Source: Candidatus Cloacimonadota bacterium
GTDB taxonomy: Bacteria > Cloacimonadota > Cloacimonadia > JGIOTU-2
Length of the DNA: 64,000 nt
Direction: 5' to 3'
Assembly: GCA_049903315.1 (NCBI GenBank)
Contig: JBNGBT010000002.1
Location: forward strand, 1-64,000
The notes below the pieces were generated by a model. It was not told the DNA's origin and made no database searches. It worked only from the letters and a program-made list of their open reading frames with translations. Every line of letters starts with the position of its first letter. The first letter of the stretch is position 1. Both the position numbers and the translations under genes were made by a program. This document shows, in pieces, positions 32,855 to 43,321 of the stretch.

Positions 32855-34510
32855 ATGAAAAAAGTAATTTTCTTTTTCATTCTCATTATTGGGTTGTTCT
32901 CCGTTCAAGCTTTACTTGCTCAAGATAGTGTAGCCAAAGGTGTTATTAAACCCTCAGAAATACCCCCCGGCGCTACAGGATTGATATCAGTAACCTTTAC
33001 TATTCCTGAAGGAATGCATCAGACATTACAGGAAGATTATTTTTATATCGTAACTGACGAAGTTGATAGCATTGAATTTTTGCCCGTTCACTATCCTGAA
33101 GGCACTGAACATGAGGGGCTTATAGATTATTATGATTCTGTGATCCTTACTATGGAATTCATCGTAGCTGATGGTGCAAAGATAGGGGAGCGGGATGTAA
33201 AAGTATATGCAGGATACCAGTTCTGTGATGATGCGGGAATGTGTCATTTTCCTGAGGAAGATGAGCTTGTACTCTCTTTTGTTATCAGTGGTGAGCAACC
33301 TGTCAGTCCTACACAAAAGATTACCTCAACTGATACTAAGACTGAAGTAGCAAAGACATCTGGAACCGATTTTGCAGAGATTAAAAGTAAACTTGATGCG
33401 TTTGTCATGACGGACATTGCTGCCGGTTATCTAAAAAGTAAGGATTTCATCGCATTTGCAGAAAATGCAAAAACAGCAGATGGCTCATCTGCAAATAGAT
33501 TTGCAGGAATGAGTATCTGGCTTATTCTCCTTCTTATAGTTGTCGGAGGTATTGCCCTTAACCTTACTCCCTGCGTACTTCCAATGATGCCAATAACCAT
33601 TGCTGTACTCGGCGCAGGCACTCAGGCGGAATCCAAAGGGAAAGGTTTTTTGATCGGAGGTTTGTACGGAATTGGTATGATGCTGGCATACGGCGCGCTT
33701 GGTTTGATCGTGGTGCTTACAGGGTCGAGGTTTGGTGCAATAAATTCCTCTCCTCTATTTAACATAATAATTGCTGTCATTTTCATTTTACTCGCTCTTG
33801 CAATGTTTGATGTGTTCCCAATTGACTTCACAAAATTTCAGTCGGGCACAATGGCAGGTAAGAAATCAGGTAGGAGCAAATATATTACAGTATTTGTGCT
33901 GGGTGTGATAGCAGCTGTGCTTGCAGGTGCTTGCGTTGCGCCAGTGCTCATTTCAGTCATTTTGTATTCAGTCACATTATATACTTCAGGGAATCCGGCA
34001 GGCTTGCTTCTCCCCTTCCTCCTTGGCTTAGGCATGGCATTGCCATGGCCTTTTGTCGGTGCAGGACTTTCGATCCTTCCAAAACCCGGGAAATGGATGA
34101 AGTGGGTCAAGATCATTTTTGGTGTGATCATTCTCGTGATTGCACTTTATTATGGTTATACCGCTTTGCATATTTTCTCATCACAAGCACAGAACACAGA
34201 TCATGTAGTGGAATATACAGCAGAAGAAAACGAATCTGGCTTGTATTGGACTACCTCGCTAATGGATGGTCTTGAAAGAGCAAAAGAAGAGCGCAAACCG
34301 GTTCTCATTGATTTCTGGGCTACGTGGTGTAAAAACTGCCTTGCAATGGAAGCAACAACTTTCCGAGACGATGAAGTCGAAGAGGTTTTAAAGGATTTTG
34401 TTCTTGTCCGTTATCAAGCTGAGGATTTAAAGAAATCCCCAACAAAAGAGATACTCGATTACTACGATGTGCTCGGACTTCCTTCCTATGTCGTGCTTAT
34501 ACCCAAATAA
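32855..34510 (+). CDS. dsbD: Thiol:disulfide interchange protein DsbD (three-domain)
   Basis: N-domain QFCDDAGMCHFP; transmembrane domain LTPCVLPM and GACVAP; C-terminal thioredoxin DFWATWCKNC. Confidence 0.88.
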   Translation: MKKVIFFFILIIGLFSVQALLAQDSVAKGVIKPSEIPPGATGLISVTFTIPEGMHQTLQEDYFYIVTDEVDSIEFLPVHYPEGTEHEGLIDYYDSVILTMEFIVADGAKIGERDVKVYAGYQFCDDAGMCHFPEEDELVLSFVISGEQPVSPTQKITSTDTKTEVAKTSGTDFAEIKSKLDAFVMTDIAAGYLKSKDFIAFAENAKTADGSSANRFAGMSIWLILLLIVVGGIALNLTPCVLPMMPITIAVLGAGTQAESKGKGFLIGGLYGIGMMLAYGALGLIVVLTGSRFGAINSSPLFNIIIAVIFILLALAMFDVFPIDFTKFQSGTMAGKKSGRSKYITVFVLGVIAAVLAGACVAPVLISVILYSVTLYTSGNPAGLLLPFLLGLGMALPWPFVGAGLSILPKPGKWMKWVKIIFGVIILVIALYYGYTALHIFSSQAQNTDHVVEYTAEENESGLYWTTSLMDGLERAKEERKPVLIDFWATWCKNCLAMEATTFRDDEVEEVLKDFVLVRYQAEDLKKSPTKEILDYYDVLGLPSYVVLIPK

Positions 34511-34529
34511 TATTCAAGAGGTTTAAAAT

Positions 34530-35609
34530 ATGAAAAAATTTGCAGTATACTTCCTTGGAATTGTACTCGTGCTAACGATATTTTCCTGTGATAGATTTAA
34601 TCATCATTTTGATCCGTTCTTTACTCCATTCGAGCATTATTTGGAACGATTTGCAACTCATGTGGAAGATGGCATCTTATTTGATGATGTGGCATCTATC
34701 ATGTCCTACTATTCGGATACCTATCTGAACAACGGCGTGGAAAAATCAGGTATGGAGAATCTTTATACTTCCCTCGCTGATGCATCACCGGACAGCGTTG
34801 CAATTGAGATAGATATTCTCACAGAAGCTGAATATAAGGTATCATACCGTATTGTGACTGCAGGAGTTGATACCACTATTATTGACTATGCGCAAGCGCT
34901 GCGTGACAGCTTTCTTTTTATAGGAGATCAGATCGCACCACCGGTTCCACAAAAAGTATTGGTGGAAGTCATCACAGGTACATGGTGCCCGAACTGTCAC
35001 TATGCCGAGGAAGCACTTCAGCAGCTAAAACTGGAATATGGCGATTCCCTTTATTATATGGATTATCACTGGAATGACGTTCTGGACATCGGAGCGATAG
35101 AACTTATACAGTATTATGGGATGAACTATTCAGCTCCTCAATCTATGTTCCAGGGACAGGTAAATGTTACCGGCGGGGGGACAGAAACTTATGATCAATA
35201 CCTTAACACATTCACAACCTTGGCAAGTGAGGATGCTCTCGCACAGATCTTTGATTTCTCTTATACTGTTTCTGATACTCTATCAGGACAAGTTACGATA
35301 GACAAGGATGACACACTTCCACTAGTTGATTTATATCTTAAATATACGCTTGTTGAGAAGGTTTCATCAGTCAATGGATATAATGGAAGACCCTGCGAAC
35401 AGGTCGTTATCGCAAAAGGAATGAAAGATATAAGCAATGAAGATCTCGAAAACCCGGTTTCATTTAAGCTCGAAATGCCCCAAACAGTTCCGGATGATAT
35501 TGTGCTTTACATATGGTTGCAAACTCTTGCAGATCCGTATAATGCGGATACATGTAAAATATATAATGTCATTGAAGAAGATATTGTAATTGTGAAAGGG
35601 AGCAATTAA
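34530..35609 (+). CDS. Lipoprotein with an Omp28-like thioredoxin-fold domain (CPNC)
   Basis: Lipobox IFSC; KVLVEVITGTWCPNC; YH and cis-Pro-like SAPQSMFQG. Confidence 0.75.
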   Translation: MKKFAVYFLGIVLVLTIFSCDRFNHHFDPFFTPFEHYLERFATHVEDGILFDDVASIMSYYSDTYLNNGVEKSGMENLYTSLADASPDSVAIEIDILTEAEYKVSYRIVTAGVDTTIIDYAQALRDSFLFIGDQIAPPVPQKVLVEVITGTWCPNCHYAEEALQQLKLEYGDSLYYMDYHWNDVLDIGAIELIQYYGMNYSAPQSMFQGQVNVTGGGTETYDQYLNTFTTLASEDALAQIFDFSYTVSDTLSGQVTIDKDDTLPLVDLYLKYTLVEKVSSVNGYNGRPCEQVVIAKGMKDISNEDLENPVSFKLEMPQTVPDDIVLYIWLQTLADPYNADTCKIYNVIEEDIVIVKGSN

Positions 35610-36421
35610 TGAGAAAAATAAAAACTGTTCTGATAGTAAGTTTCATATTCTTCGCTTCCCTAACATTCGCATTGGACACGATGCCGGATTTCACACTTGA
35701 GGATATTAATGGTGACCAGGTAAATTTCGAAGAACTATTAAATAAAAAAGCTGTGATCATTGATTTCTGGGCGAAGTGGTGTACTCCATGCAAGAAAGCC
35801 CTCCCACATCTTAGTGATATTCAGTCAAAATATGATGATTTGGTAAATGTAGTATGTATTACCATTGATAAAGCGCGTGACAAAGGCAAGGTTAAATCTT
35901 TCGTGAAATCCAAGGACTATGAATTCATTACACTTTTTGACCCGAATCAAAGTGTATCAGATATGCTGAATATCATCTCGATCCCAAAGACTTTTATTGT
36001 TAATGAAGCCGGCGAGATCGTGTATACTCATGAAGGTTATACGCAGGGGGATGAAGTTGAACTGGAAGCTGAACTCAGGAAAATTATTTTTAAAAATATA
36101 ACTATGAAAGAGCTTAATAAAATATATCCCCAGGAAGAACTACCGGAGCCTACAACATATGTACTACCTGTGTATCCGGAAAAAGCTCATAATGACGGAA
36201 TCCAGACAGACATTATCCTTGATCTTGAAATTCTGGAGGATGGTACAGTGGGGGATGTGTGTGTTGTCAGTGCCTGTGAAGACCCAACTCATGGATTTGA
36301 GAATGCTGCGATAGAAGCAGCCGGGCAATGGGTATTCGAACCTATTACTATTGACAGCGTGTCCGTTAAAACCCGTGTCCTCTATCCAATTCGATTCAGA
36401 ATAGAAAAATATGAGAGGTGA
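35609..36421 (+). CDS. TlpA-family disulfide reductase fused to a TonB C-terminal domain
   Basis: PDFTLEDINGD, IDFWAKWCTPC, IPKTFIVN; then PVYPEKAHNDGIQ...EDGTV...FENAAIEAAGQWVFEP. Confidence 0.8.
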   Translation: MRKIKTVLIVSFIFFASLTFALDTMPDFTLEDINGDQVNFEELLNKKAVIIDFWAKWCTPCKKALPHLSDIQSKYDDLVNVVCITIDKARDKGKVKSFVKSKDYEFITLFDPNQSVSDMLNIISIPKTFIVNEAGEIVYTHEGYTQGDEVELEAELRKIIFKNITMKELNKIYPQEELPEPTTYVLPVYPEKAHNDGIQTDIILDLEILEDGTVGDVCVVSACEDPTHGFENAAIEAAGQWVFEPITIDSVSVKTRVLYPIRFRIEKYER

Positions 36422-36423
36422 TC

Positions 36424-37854
36424 ATGAAAAAAATCATACTATTGCTCGTCATCATATCCTTTGCTTCGTCCCTTTTTGCAGTGAACGATTTTCGCATAAT
36501 CGGTTTAAATGAGGCAACGTACGTTTATAAAAATGCAGAAGATTCCCTGAAGAATTATTTCTCGGATGAATTCAGTTTCAGATTGTCTTACAAAAATTTT
36601 ACATTTGGAATGAAGTTCATTGCGGATCTTCCCAGGTATGATGAATACGCTGCAATGCAGGATCTTACTTCTCAATCGATTTCGTATACATGGGATGAGC
36701 GGTTCCTTGAATATAAAGTGGATGATTTCTCTATACGTGCGGGAAACTTTGAGCAGGTCTTTGGTTCAGGTATTGCTCTTAGAGTCTATCAGGATAGAGA
36801 TTTCGATATTGATACCCGTCTGAATGGATTTTCGACAGAAATATTTCCAAAATTCTTTCAAATGAAAGCCCTGTATGGAGCACTGCCTAATAAGGATAAT
36901 GATACAAAGAATGACCTTGTCGCAGGACTTGATATGCAAAAAGATATATTTGATCCGCTCAAGGTTGGTGCATCTTTTGTGAATGTGCGCAAGTGGCAGG
37001 CAGGTGATAACTATCTGGATAGGAAGATATTTGGCGTTCGAGCCGATCTGGATGTCAGCTTATTCGATTTAAGTGCTGAATATGGCTATCTCGATCAATC
37101 CGAAGGCATTTCGAAGGTAGGACATGCTTTTTACGGAAATCTTAATACATATTTTGATATAATTTCTTTCTCTGTCGCATATAATAATTATTTAAATTTT
37201 GATTCACGTTTAAATGATCTTCCAATTCTCAATCACAGCAACGAACCCTTATACGATTCACCTATCGGAAAAGATCAGCAAGGTGTCATGGGTGAAGTAA
37301 CGTTCATGCCCAATGACTTTAATGAGATTATTGTTAATTATGCAGAAGAATGGAACAATGCATGGACGATCCGGCAGAGTGATCTGTGGGTTGAAGCAAT
37401 TCATTATTTTGACACTTCGACACTGGTCACAAGCTTTTCTCATCTTGAAAGAAAGGATGAAGAGGTGAACCACTGGGAAAAAGAAGTTACTCCTACTCTT
37501 ATGTATGATTTTATGATCGGGGAGACTCCTTTTTCCATAAAAGCGGAGTATCAGTATTTTGATAAACATTACCAGCAGGAAAAATCACATCATTGGGAAC
37601 CGCTTGTGCAAATCGATACGAATATCTTTGATTTTGATTTTTCAATCATTGCGGAATATTCGTATGAAAATATAAAAGATATTGGGAAAAATCCGCCATG
37701 GCTTGGTGCAGAGATAAGCAAAGAGATATTTCAGAGCTCGACAATGCGTCTTTTTATCGGCAAGGAAAAAGGCGGAAAGGTTTGCCGCAACGGCATTTGC
37801 AAATATCGCAACCAGTTTGAAGGATTACGTTTAGAATTAGTTACCACTTTTTAG
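36424..37854 (+). CDS. Outer-membrane beta-barrel (DUF6029-like) with C-terminal CxxxxC
   Basis: Signal peptide, amphipathic strands, RAGNFEQVFGSGIALR, GGKVCRNGICKY...GLRLELVTTF with terminal Phe. Confidence 0.72.
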   Translation: MKKIILLLVIISFASSLFAVNDFRIIGLNEATYVYKNAEDSLKNYFSDEFSFRLSYKNFTFGMKFIADLPRYDEYAAMQDLTSQSISYTWDERFLEYKVDDFSIRAGNFEQVFGSGIALRVYQDRDFDIDTRLNGFSTEIFPKFFQMKALYGALPNKDNDTKNDLVAGLDMQKDIFDPLKVGASFVNVRKWQAGDNYLDRKIFGVRADLDVSLFDLSAEYGYLDQSEGISKVGHAFYGNLNTYFDIISFSVAYNNYLNFDSRLNDLPILNHSNEPLYDSPIGKDQQGVMGEVTFMPNDFNEIIVNYAEEWNNAWTIRQSDLWVEAIHYFDTSTLVTSFSHLERKDEEVNHWEKEVTPTLMYDFMIGETPFSIKAEYQYFDKHYQQEKSHHWEPLVQIDTNIFDFDFSIIAEYSYENIKDIGKNPPWLGAEISKEIFQSSTMRLFIGKEKGGKVCRNGICKYRNQFEGLRLELVTTF

Positions 37855-37869
37855 TGGGAAGGAGCATAT

Positions 37870-38601
37870 ATGAAAAAAAATGTACTAATATTTATGAGTT
37901 TAATTTTATTAGGTGTCATCGGCTTGCATGCTGATCTGACAGTAAACATTCCTTTTGATCCTGATGTTATGGGACCTGCGTATAATGATACAAATTATAC
38001 TTATGTGTCTGAATATTTCGATGTGATAAATGAAGGAGTTACAGATGACTTTACTGTTATTGTAGATTACTTGGAGATTCCATCAGGATGGTCACTGGGT
38101 TGGTGTCACGAATATCAAGGCAGCGGTGCATGTCATGTGGTGCCTTATCCATGGACTTTTGAGTTTGGAAGCGGAGATACATTAAAATTAGATTTTTCTA
38201 TCTTTGTCACTTCAGCCGGTGCGATGCCTTTCTTTTATTCCTTTACCGCACCAAGCTTAGCATTTCCAACCGTTGTTGATTTTTCTTATACAACAGGCGT
38301 TGCAGTTGACGATCCGCAATATAACGAAAAGGTACTTCTGAAGAATTCACCGAATCCCTTTAATGAATCAACTGAAATTTCTTTTAATATAAAAAATTCT
38401 GCACACAGAGATGCAAAGATCGCAATATATAACCTTCAGGGAAAACTCATCAAAAGCTATTCTGTCAGCCCTGAAATGAATTCAATCACTTGGAACGGCA
38501 CTGACGAAAAAGGTGCAGCGCTTCCCAGTGGAGTGTACTTATACACTGTCACTATGGATGATGAGATCATGAAAACAGAAAAATTATTATTACTCAAATA
38601 A
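37870..38601 (+). CDS. Small secreted protein with a Cys pair and FlgD-Ig/T9SS-like C-terminal domain
   Basis: Signal peptide; GWSLGWCHEYQGSGAC; tail NSPNPFN...IYNLQGKLI...WNG...PSGVYLY. Confidence 0.8.
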   Translation: MKKNVLIFMSLILLGVIGLHADLTVNIPFDPDVMGPAYNDTNYTYVSEYFDVINEGVTDDFTVIVDYLEIPSGWSLGWCHEYQGSGACHVVPYPWTFEFGSGDTLKLDFSIFVTSAGAMPFFYSFTAPSLAFPTVVDFSYTTGVAVDDPQYNEKVLLKNSPNPFNESTEISFNIKNSAHRDAKIAIYNLQGKLIKSYSVSPEMNSITWNGTDEKGAALPSGVYLYTVTMDDEIMKTEKLLLLK

Positions 38602-38610
38602 GGAGAACTA

Positions 38611-40695
38611 ATGCGTTTTAAACTCGGAATACTGATTTCAGTGTTGTTGATCACGACCGGATTGTCGGAATTGTATGGAAACCAGAATATTCTCACACCT
38701 CAACTTCAGCAAAAGCTGCAGGAGAGCACTCGAGATGAATTAATACCCGTCAATATAATTATGAAAGAACAGTATGATCCTCAATATCTGTTACAGCAGA
38801 GTATGTTTCTTCCTATTTCAGAAAGAAGAAATTACGTCATCCAAGAGCTGCAATCCTTTTCTGATATGCATCAGCAAGAGCTTCTTTATGATCTGCAGAA
38901 CCTGTCTTACAACAATGTCGTGCAGGATATTCAATCCTTGTGGGTTTCGAATGTTATTGCCTGCAAAGCTACATCAGAAGTTTTATATGATCTAATGGAG
39001 CGGGATGACATTGAATTTATTGATCATGATGAGATACGAAATATGCTCATGTTTGAAAAAGGAAATACATATAATCCAACCTCTCGTGAGATCACGTGGA
39101 ATGTGACCAAGGTCAATGCTGATGATGTGTGGAATCTTGGATATACAGGAAGCGGTGTCGTGGTCGCAGTTATCGATACAGGCGTGAATTATAATCATGT
39201 TGACCTTGCTGATCATTTGTGGACTGATCCCGCATATCCAAATCATGGCTGGGATTTCCGCTATAATGATAATAATCCTATGGACGATCATGGGCACGGC
39301 ACACACTGCTCCGGTACAGTTGCCGGAGATGGAACTGCCGGTTCTCAGACAGGAATGGCACCAGATGCTCAGATCATGTGCCTTAAAGTTCTTGATAGTG
39401 ATGGCGGTGGCTCGGAATCCAACGTATGGAATGCAATTCAATTCGCTATTACAAATGGTGCAGATGTTGTTAGTATGTCCCTTGGTTGGCTGCATGCATG
39501 GTCACCAAATAGGGTAACATGGCGCAATACTATGAACACTCTCCTGGCAGCAGGCATCCCAGCTTCAGTTGCTGCAGGTAATGAAGGAGATCAACAGTAT
39601 TCATATCCGATTCCTGATAATGTTCGAACTCCCGGCGATTGCCCTCCTCCCTGGCTTCATCCTGATCAGACACTCATAGGTGGAATAAGCTCGGTCATTT
39701 GTATTGGTGCGACCAATTCCGGAGATGGGATTGCAGGTTTTTCAGGTCGAGGACCTTGTACATGGGAATATATATCCGGTTTCAATGACTATCCTTATTC
39801 TCCTGAAATCGGCTTAATACGTCCCGATATTGTTGCTCCCGGAGTCAACATCAAATCACTTGCTCATTATAGCAATTACGGGTATGAAAACGGTTGGAAT
39901 GGAACCTCAATGGCAACACCTTGCGCTGCTGGTGTGATGGCTTTGATGCTTTCAAAAAATCCAAACATACTTCCAGCTCAAATCGATCAAATTTTAGAAG
40001 AAACTGCATATGTGCTCTCAACATCAAAGAGCAATACATTTGGTTCAGGAAGAGTCGATGCACTTGCAGCAATAAATCAGGTTCCTTCCCCGAGTCCGAT
40101 CATGAACTTCTACCCGGATAGTCTTGACTTTGGAGATGTTCAGATTGGAGACGAATTAACTCAACAATTTTATATTGAAAATGTTGGTGGAGATACACTC
40201 CGCGGCACGATTAATGCGCCGGACGGATTCACCGTAACATTACATGGTTCAGATGAACCCGGCAGAAATACTCTTGAATATGCTGTTTCTTGCGGTTCGT
40301 GCACTGCATACGATCTCATTTTCTGCCCGACGAGTGTACAAACTTATGATGATTATGTCAGAATCAACCAGATCCCATTTTATATGTTCTATCTTGATGT
40401 ATGTGGTGAAGGATGTCCTGAAGTAGGTGTTGATCAAAATCCTCATACGAAGCCCTTTATAGAGCATTTTCCAAATCCTGTCACATCAACGCTGAACATG
40501 CACTACTCACTAAATAATCAGCAGGATGGCCTGCCTATCACAATCTATAATATTAGAGGTGAATTTATCACTACGATCCAAGGGCATGACGGCATCGCGA
40601 GTATGGATGTGAGCTCTTTGAATTGTGGTGTATATTTTTATAAAATAAATCATCAGGGAATATCATATTCCAATAAATTCATAATACTAAAATAA
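38611..40695 (+). CDS. S8 subtilisin-like serine peptidase with Ig-like and C-terminal sorting domains
   Basis: Catalytic triad VAVIDTG, HGHGTHCSG, GTSMATP; FPNP...GVYFYK tail. Confidence 0.92.
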   Translation: MRFKLGILISVLLITTGLSELYGNQNILTPQLQQKLQESTRDELIPVNIIMKEQYDPQYLLQQSMFLPISERRNYVIQELQSFSDMHQQELLYDLQNLSYNNVVQDIQSLWVSNVIACKATSEVLYDLMERDDIEFIDHDEIRNMLMFEKGNTYNPTSREITWNVTKVNADDVWNLGYTGSGVVVAVIDTGVNYNHVDLADHLWTDPAYPNHGWDFRYNDNNPMDDHGHGTHCSGTVAGDGTAGSQTGMAPDAQIMCLKVLDSDGGGSESNVWNAIQFAITNGADVVSMSLGWLHAWSPNRVTWRNTMNTLLAAGIPASVAAGNEGDQQYSYPIPDNVRTPGDCPPPWLHPDQTLIGGISSVICIGATNSGDGIAGFSGRGPCTWEYISGFNDYPYSPEIGLIRPDIVAPGVNIKSLAHYSNYGYENGWNGTSMATPCAAGVMALMLSKNPNILPAQIDQILEETAYVLSTSKSNTFGSGRVDALAAINQVPSPSPIMNFYPDSLDFGDVQIGDELTQQFYIENVGGDTLRGTINAPDGFTVTLHGSDEPGRNTLEYAVSCGSCTAYDLIFCPTSVQTYDDYVRINQIPFYMFYLDVCGEGCPEVGVDQNPHTKPFIEHFPNPVTSTLNMHYSLNNQQDGLPITIYNIRGEFITTIQGHDGIASMDVSSLNCGVYFYKINHQGISYSNKFIILK

Positions 40696-40700
40696 TTATC

Positions 40701-43304
40701 ATGAAAATCAAAAAAAGTAAGATAGTCATTCCTATATTCTTATGCGCTGCAATTATTGCAGTTGTACTTATTTCCATCCCAAAACCAGCTAGTAAAGGCA
40801 AACCTGCAGAACGCTGGGTAGAAAAACCACACGGTCAAAAAGTTAAAAAAGAGCCCGATGTGCTGCCCAATGAATGGATGGCTTACCAGCGCGTTTATCC
40901 CTATGATAAGATCAAGCTCGAGAACTATCTTAAAAGCATGGAAGATGCCCAGAAACTTCACAAGGAGTCCGCTCATTATAAATATTCCTGGGAGTTAGTA
41001 GGACCTACCAATATTGGTGGGCGCATCACTGATCTTGCGGTAAATCCTAATGATCTGAATACTTACTACGTGGGAGCTGCATCCGGCGGAGTGTATAAAA
41101 CCATAAATGGCGGTGCGAGCTGGGAAAATATTTTTACCGATGTACCTGTTATTTCTGTGGGTGCTATTGCACTTGATCCAAACAATGTAACTACTCTTTA
41201 TGTCGGGACAGGTGAAGCGAATGCATCGAGTTACAGTTTTCTTGGGAACGGCATATATAAGTCCACAAATGGCGGTCTGTCATGGGACAATATTGGTTTA
41301 GAACAATCCGGCTATATTGGCAGGATCGTGGTAGATTATATGAATTCTCAGAGAGTGTTCGTGGCAGCGTGCGGAAATCTCTTCTCACCAAATTCCGAAA
41401 GAGGAGTATATCGCAGTGATGATGGTGGGGAGACCTGGCAGCGAAAACTCTTCATTAATGATTCCACTGCAGCAGTCGATATTGTTCAACATCCAACCAA
41501 TCCGAATATTCTCTATGCCGCAATGTGGGAGCGTATGCGCGGTTTGACGTACAGACGATCCTTTGGTCCGAGTTCCGGTATCTGGAAATCAGAAAATGGC
41601 GGAGATACCTGGACTGAGCTTACAAATGGTTTGCCAACGGGCAGTGATGTAGGACGAATCGGACTCGCAATTGCAAAATCTAATCCTGATAGGCTTTATG
41701 CATTTTATGATAGAACAAACCAGGTTGATGTCTACAAAACAAGCAATGGCGGAGCAAGCTGGACTGCAACCAATGATGGAGCACTGCAGGGAATAAACAG
41801 CAATTTCGGCTGGTATTTCGGCCAGATCCGGGTCGATCCAAATGACCAGGATCGAGTATATGTTATGGGAGTGTACCTGTACCGTACAACAAATGGAGGT
41901 TCAAGCTGGAGTGAAATCGCATATAGTGTGCATGTTGACCATCATGCAATGTATATTGATGAAGATACAGGATTTATTATCGAAGGAAATGACGGCGGTC
42001 TTTATACCAGCTCAAATTCGGGCTCTTCTTGGTCAAAAATAAATAACCTACCCATGACGCAATTCTATGCAATCGAGATCGATCAAACCTATCCTTACAG
42101 AATCTACGGCGGTACTCAGGATAATAATACGATCCGGACTATGACAGGTGCACTTAATGATTGGGAAGCAATTTTGGGCGGAGATGGATTCTACTGCTTG
42201 GTAGATTACACAAATCCTAATAGAATCTTTGCAGAATACCAATGGGGCAACCTATACCGGTCAACCAACGGAGGTTCATATTTCAGCTATATTGCAAATG
42301 CAATGAGTGGCGACCGAACAAACTGGTCTTCTCCCTATGTGATGCATCCAACAAATCCTGATATTCTCTACTTTGGCACGTATAGAGTATGGAAAACAAC
42401 GAATGGAGGATCAAACTGGTCAGCAGTAAGCGGAGATCTTACTCAGGGTGATGATATAAGTGGTTATCATACAATCTCAACAATGGCTATCTCCACACTT
42501 GACCCTGGTCTTATTCTTACAGGCAGTGATGACGGACGAGTTCATATTTCCGATAATAGTGGGACTTCATGGACAAATATTTCTGTAGGTCTGCCTGATC
42601 GCTGGATTACGAGAGTGGCATTTGATCCTCATAATGCAACTACCATCTATGCAACGATTTCCGGTTTTCGCTGGGATGAAGAAGCCCCCCATGTTTTTAA
42701 ATCTACTAATCTTGGATTGGACTGGGTAAATATTAGCGGAAATCTTCCTGAAATGCCCGTGAACTGCATTGCCCTTGATCCGAATATCCAGAATAAAATA
42801 TTTGTTGGAACGGACTCGGGTGTATTTTTCTCTGAAGATGGAGGCTTTAGCTGGCACAGTCTTTCCCAGGGAATCCCCAATGTTCCTGTTACTGATATGA
42901 AAATTTATAATCCTGATCGATTTATGGTCATCGGCACATACGGCTGTTCTGCATATAAGATCGATCTTGACGACATTATTGTGAGTACTGATCCTGAACC
43001 GGACGAGCACGTGCTTGTACAACTCTATCAGAACTATCCCAATCCTCTTTCATTATCTTCACATGCATCAACGCAGATCGATTTCTCTCTGAGTACTCCT
43101 GCTGATATAGAAATTACAATCTATAATATAAAAGGTCAGAAAGTAAAAAACATAATGAACAATCAATTGGCAGCTGGGGATCATAATGCACTATGGAATG
43201 GTACTGATGAATTCGGTAAATCCGTTTCCACAGGAGTGTATCTTTACAAGCTGTCTGTTAATGGAAATGTAAAGCAAATCAAACGATGTACAATAATACA
43301 ATAA
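40701..43304 (+). CDS. BNR/Asp-box (VPS10/GH74-like) beta-propeller protein with C-terminal sorting domain
   Basis: GPTNIGGRI; many SxNGGxxW Asp boxes; GGTQDN, GGDG; QNYPNP...GVYLYK tail. Confidence 0.88.
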   Translation: MKIKKSKIVIPIFLCAAIIAVVLISIPKPASKGKPAERWVEKPHGQKVKKEPDVLPNEWMAYQRVYPYDKIKLENYLKSMEDAQKLHKESAHYKYSWELVGPTNIGGRITDLAVNPNDLNTYYVGAASGGVYKTINGGASWENIFTDVPVISVGAIALDPNNVTTLYVGTGEANASSYSFLGNGIYKSTNGGLSWDNIGLEQSGYIGRIVVDYMNSQRVFVAACGNLFSPNSERGVYRSDDGGETWQRKLFINDSTAAVDIVQHPTNPNILYAAMWERMRGLTYRRSFGPSSGIWKSENGGDTWTELTNGLPTGSDVGRIGLAIAKSNPDRLYAFYDRTNQVDVYKTSNGGASWTATNDGALQGINSNFGWYFGQIRVDPNDQDRVYVMGVYLYRTTNGGSSWSEIAYSVHVDHHAMYIDEDTGFIIEGNDGGLYTSSNSGSSWSKINNLPMTQFYAIEIDQTYPYRIYGGTQDNNTIRTMTGALNDWEAILGGDGFYCLVDYTNPNRIFAEYQWGNLYRSTNGGSYFSYIANAMSGDRTNWSSPYVMHPTNPDILYFGTYRVWKTTNGGSNWSAVSGDLTQGDDISGYHTISTMAISTLDPGLILTGSDDGRVHISDNSGTSWTNISVGLPDRWITRVAFDPHNATTIYATISGFRWDEEAPHVFKSTNLGLDWVNISGNLPEMPVNCIALDPNIQNKIFVGTDSGVFFSEDGGFSWHSLSQGIPNVPVTDMKIYNPDRFMVIGTYGCSAYKIDLDDIIVSTDPEPDEHVLVQLYQNYPNPLSLSSHASTQIDFSLSTPADIEITIYNIKGQKVKNIMNNQLAAGDHNALWNGTDEFGKSVSTGVYLYKLSVNGNVKQIKRCTIIQ

Positions 43305-43321
43305 AACAAAAAGGATATCTC

